Shown one piece after another: positions 60,831-64,000 of a DNA stretch of 64,000 nucleotides; positions within the stretch are counted from its first letter, which is position 1, and each line of letters starts with the position of its first letter. This DNA comes from Callorhinchus milii (taxonomy: Eukaryota), in contig NW_024704742.1 in NCBI RefSeq assembly GCF_018977255.1, positions 21,578,001 to 21,642,000 of the forward strand. The letters run 5' to 3'. A program made the position numbers and the translations under genes. Under the pieces are notes generated by a model. It had not been told where the DNA came from. It worked only from the letters and a program-made list of their open reading frames with translations, and did no database searches.

Positions 60831-61124
60831 CAGAAAGTGTTAGAGGTTGGCAAGAGCCAAGGCTTGAAGACATCCTTAATGTGGTTTGGGTTACTGCTGG
60901 AGTCTAACCAGCTAAAGTCTTGCCATTGATATTGCTGCCTGGCAAGCCATAAATCCTATCCAATGAATAAGGATACAGCAACCCTTGATTTCAGCGTGAC
61001 AAACAAGACTTGATTCTTCAAATTTTCATTACTTTAGAACAAATTAAGTGGCTTTTAAATAAATTGTCAGTAATTTATTTTACATTTTGCAATATTAAAG
61101 CCACTATAAGACAAGTACTAACCA

Positions 61125-61200
61125 TGATTGAATGGCGGGGCAAGCTCGAAGGGCCGAATGGCCTACTCCTGCTCCTACATGTTATGTTATGTTTATGTTA
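61125..61200 (+). mobile_element. CR1 3' tail
   Basis: gggccgaatggcctactcctgctcct then (TATGT)n. Confidence 0.75.
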
Positions 61201-61379
61201 ACCGTGGCCGCATCATGCTGCCTTAAATGAGTTCATCTCCTAGTCACAACTACCTTTCCTAGTAACAACCGGTTACATTTACCAAATGTTAAGGCGTATA
61301 TTTTTATATTGTGCCTTTTATGTCGGGAAGATGTCTCAGAGTGCTTCACATACTGTCTGGAAGCCCAAGCGGGTGGGGG

Positions 61380-61615
61380 GAGCTCTGAGGAGAAGGGGCT
61401 TTAGAGGGAAGAGGCTAAGGACTGAGGCGCGGGAACTGAGGAGGAGGCTACGGAAGGAGGCCAAAGAGATAAGGCTAAGAAGAGGGCATGGCTGAGGAAA
61501 GTGGGAGACTGAGGAGAGTCTGGGCTGAGGAGAGAGAGGGGCTGAGAGATAAGCGCTGAGAGTGAGAGGGACTGAGGATAGGTGATGAGCTGAGGGGGCT
61601 GGGAATTAAGAGTGG
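61380..61615 (+). repeat. Purine-rich low-complexity repeat of (GG)CTGAG units
   Basis: Many ctgag/ctaag units separated by G/A runs. Confidence 0.7.
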
Positions 61616-62154
61616 GCTTTCAGAGCCTGATGATACTACCAGTGCTTCGAGATGCTATTCCATGTGAAAGCCACTATATAAATGCAAGTTGTTGTGGTGG
61701 TGATGGTAATGTGGGAGAGGACAAGGACTGAAGAGGTTTGGATAATGTGTAATTTGTATGCAGAGAAGAGATAGGGGCAGCGACAGGAAATGTTGTGGAG
61801 CTGATGGAAAGCTGAGTAAGTGAGAGCCCGGATGTAACATAATGTAAATTGAAAGCATGTTGGGAACCTGATGGAGACAATCATAATCCAACTACAGTAA
61901 ACGGCAGTAGACCGGAGGGTTCTGCGATGAACCTGGCGTGCATGCCTAATAATCTCCACCAAGTACCAGAACCAGTGGCAGGATAGGGCAAGAGGGCTTT
62001 GTGATGCAAAATGCCATCTTATACGATGAGTTATCCAATCAATTTTACATTGTAAGTACTTGCAAGAATTTCTAGAAAGTAACTAGAATGCGAGTGACAA
62101 GTAAAGCGGAATCCACTATTAACATTTCAAATGCGAAGCAGCTGGCTGACGAAT

Positions 62155-62360
62155 TAACAACAACACTAACAACTTGTACTTATATAGCACCCTCCACGCA
62201 GGGAAGCATCTCAGAGCACTTAACAGTCACAGAGTCTGACTCCGAGCCGGGGGTGGTGGAGAGGAATCCGAAGCACGGTCGAAAAGGAAAGTTTTCACGC
62301 GGAGCTTGTAAAAGGGGAGAGAGGGACAAGGCGAAGGGACTGAGGGAAAGTGTTTCAGAG
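62155..62360 (-). mobile_element. L2 3' end
   Basis: Tail and 3' UTR on the minus strand. Confidence 0.75.
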
Positions 62361-63354
62361 TTAAGCCAGCTTCTTGTTACTTACTGTAATTTAAAATGTT
62401 ATAAAGTACTTCTAACTATGTCATTAGTTTGCTCATCAATGAATATAGTACCCAACATCCTCAACTCACTCCATTGGATCACTGTAACATGATATTTCTA
62501 ATTATGTAATACATTTAATTAAAAAAACACCCTTTTGAATATTTTATGGCATCCACTACAATAAACTCCTAATGAAACTTCTCCAGAGGAGGAAAAAAAT
62601 GAAACAGGACAAGTGAAGGTCAAATTACCAATGGTGTTTGTCTCATTCAGTGCTGAAGATGTCATTTGGAGTCATTCCCATTGAAGTCCCTGTGGTCTAG
62701 TTCTGAGAAGGTGCCAGATTGCATCATGATTGCAGTTGTTCAGCTGTAACAAGTGGCCTATCAATGACTGAGCATTGTGAGTTTTGTGAAAGGAAATAAA
62801 AAGTACAGTGGAATCTGTAGCGCAGATTTTTCCGTCCTGTACTGGGTGGGGATATTGTGTACAATATTTATATTTATATTGCTGAGCAAACTGGACTAAA
62901 TTGCACAAATGTTGAACATTTTTTATTCACTTTTCTAACATAGATTGTTCCAATAAAAATGTTGAAAATCTGTTTTTTCAATGTGCTGTGCATCTGCCAA
63001 AACAACATGCTAAACTGTCCTGTTATTTTTATATAGCTTTAATGCAAATGCTGCCTTCTCATTTTCCATTTAGGAACACACGTAGGCTAGAATAAACCTG
63101 CAATTTATATATTCTAGCATCAATCATCCATTGTTTTTAATTATAAACACAGTCATGCTCCACTCACCTGAATAATTTACTCCAGCAGTCTTCTTGTTAA
63201 AGCAATCCATCCATTCAAGCACTACAGCACTGTAAGAATATCACATTTCATCAGATTAAATATATTGTGCATATTATGTAAAATAACAAACTGCTAAAAT
63301 GGATTACTGGGTGTATGGATTCTGCAATTATTGTGAAGTTTGTATAGAATCTCC

Positions 63355-63716
63355 TTCCCAAGTCGGGACTTAAGCTTGTAGTCCAGGCTGACACTCCAGT
63401 GCAGTGCTGGGTGCACCCTGCCTTGTTGGATGACACATTAAACCGAGGACCCATCTTCTGTTCAGGTGGACGTTAAAGATCCCGTGGCGCTATTTGAAAA
63501 GTGGAGGGAGTTTCTCCCAATGACCTGGCCAGCAATCCCTAGACAAAATGTTGCCATTCACTTCATAGCCGTTTGTGGGATGTTGTGGTGCAAATTCGGT
63601 GCCAGATTTTCCCACAAATACACAGTGACTACACTTACAATAGCTACTGTGAAGCACTTTTGAGACCTTTCAAAACATGATAAGGCACTACATCAAAATG
63701 CAAGCATTATTATTAT
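63355..63716 (+). mobile_element. Family B SINE lacking its head
   Basis: ttaaaccgagg..ttaaagatcccgtggc Deu core, tail. Confidence 0.85.
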
Positions 63717-64000
63717 GACAACTAATGCCTCTGCAATGCGTTCTTACCACCAATTATATTAAAGAGAACGTAATACCACTGCCCCACGCCCCAATCCAAG
63801 CAAACTTTTATTTTCTATTTTTATTGGGAAAGACCAAAGTCCATTCCACTTGGCATTACTACGGTTGAAAGCAGTAGAAAGATCAAGATAATCAAGCAAT
63901 GATGCCAAGCTGGAGCTATAAAGAACATTCTTCTCTAGTACTGCAATCCAGAACAAAAGGGCATATTCTTAAAATGACAGCTAAAGCAATCAAGAGTGAA

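Noticed and set aside
61380..61615. Immunoglobulin switch-like GGGCT/GAGCT repeats
   Set aside because: Too short and degenerate, with no Ig exons or RSS nearby; treated as low-complexity repeat.

Overview
Vertebrate non-coding DNA, AT-rich and CpG-depleted. The repeat content points to a cartilaginous fish, probably a chimaera or elephant-shark type genome; this is inferred from repeats only. I found no host protein-coding exon. The only protein-like ORFs are 5'-truncated L2, CR1 and RTE-like LINE reverse-transcriptase fragments. The window is dense in retroposons: (A) a tRNA-Ala-headed SINE, (B) a Deu-domain SINE (SacSINE1/AmnSINE1 type) that shares its 3' tail with A and with L2 LINEs ending in (TTG)n, CR1 3' ends, two unnamed old dispersed repeats (C, D), palindromic MITEs and a hAT-like MITE. 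Most notable: two palindromic Penelope-type elements with minimal hammerhead ribozyme motifs; a CpG-rich promoter-like segment at 1-300; a Maf/AP-1 motif cluster near 55.2 kb; three antisense same-family nested insertions; and a frameshift shared by the two youngest L2 copies. Repeat boundaries were read by eye and are approximate. I see no convincing wholly new biological system.
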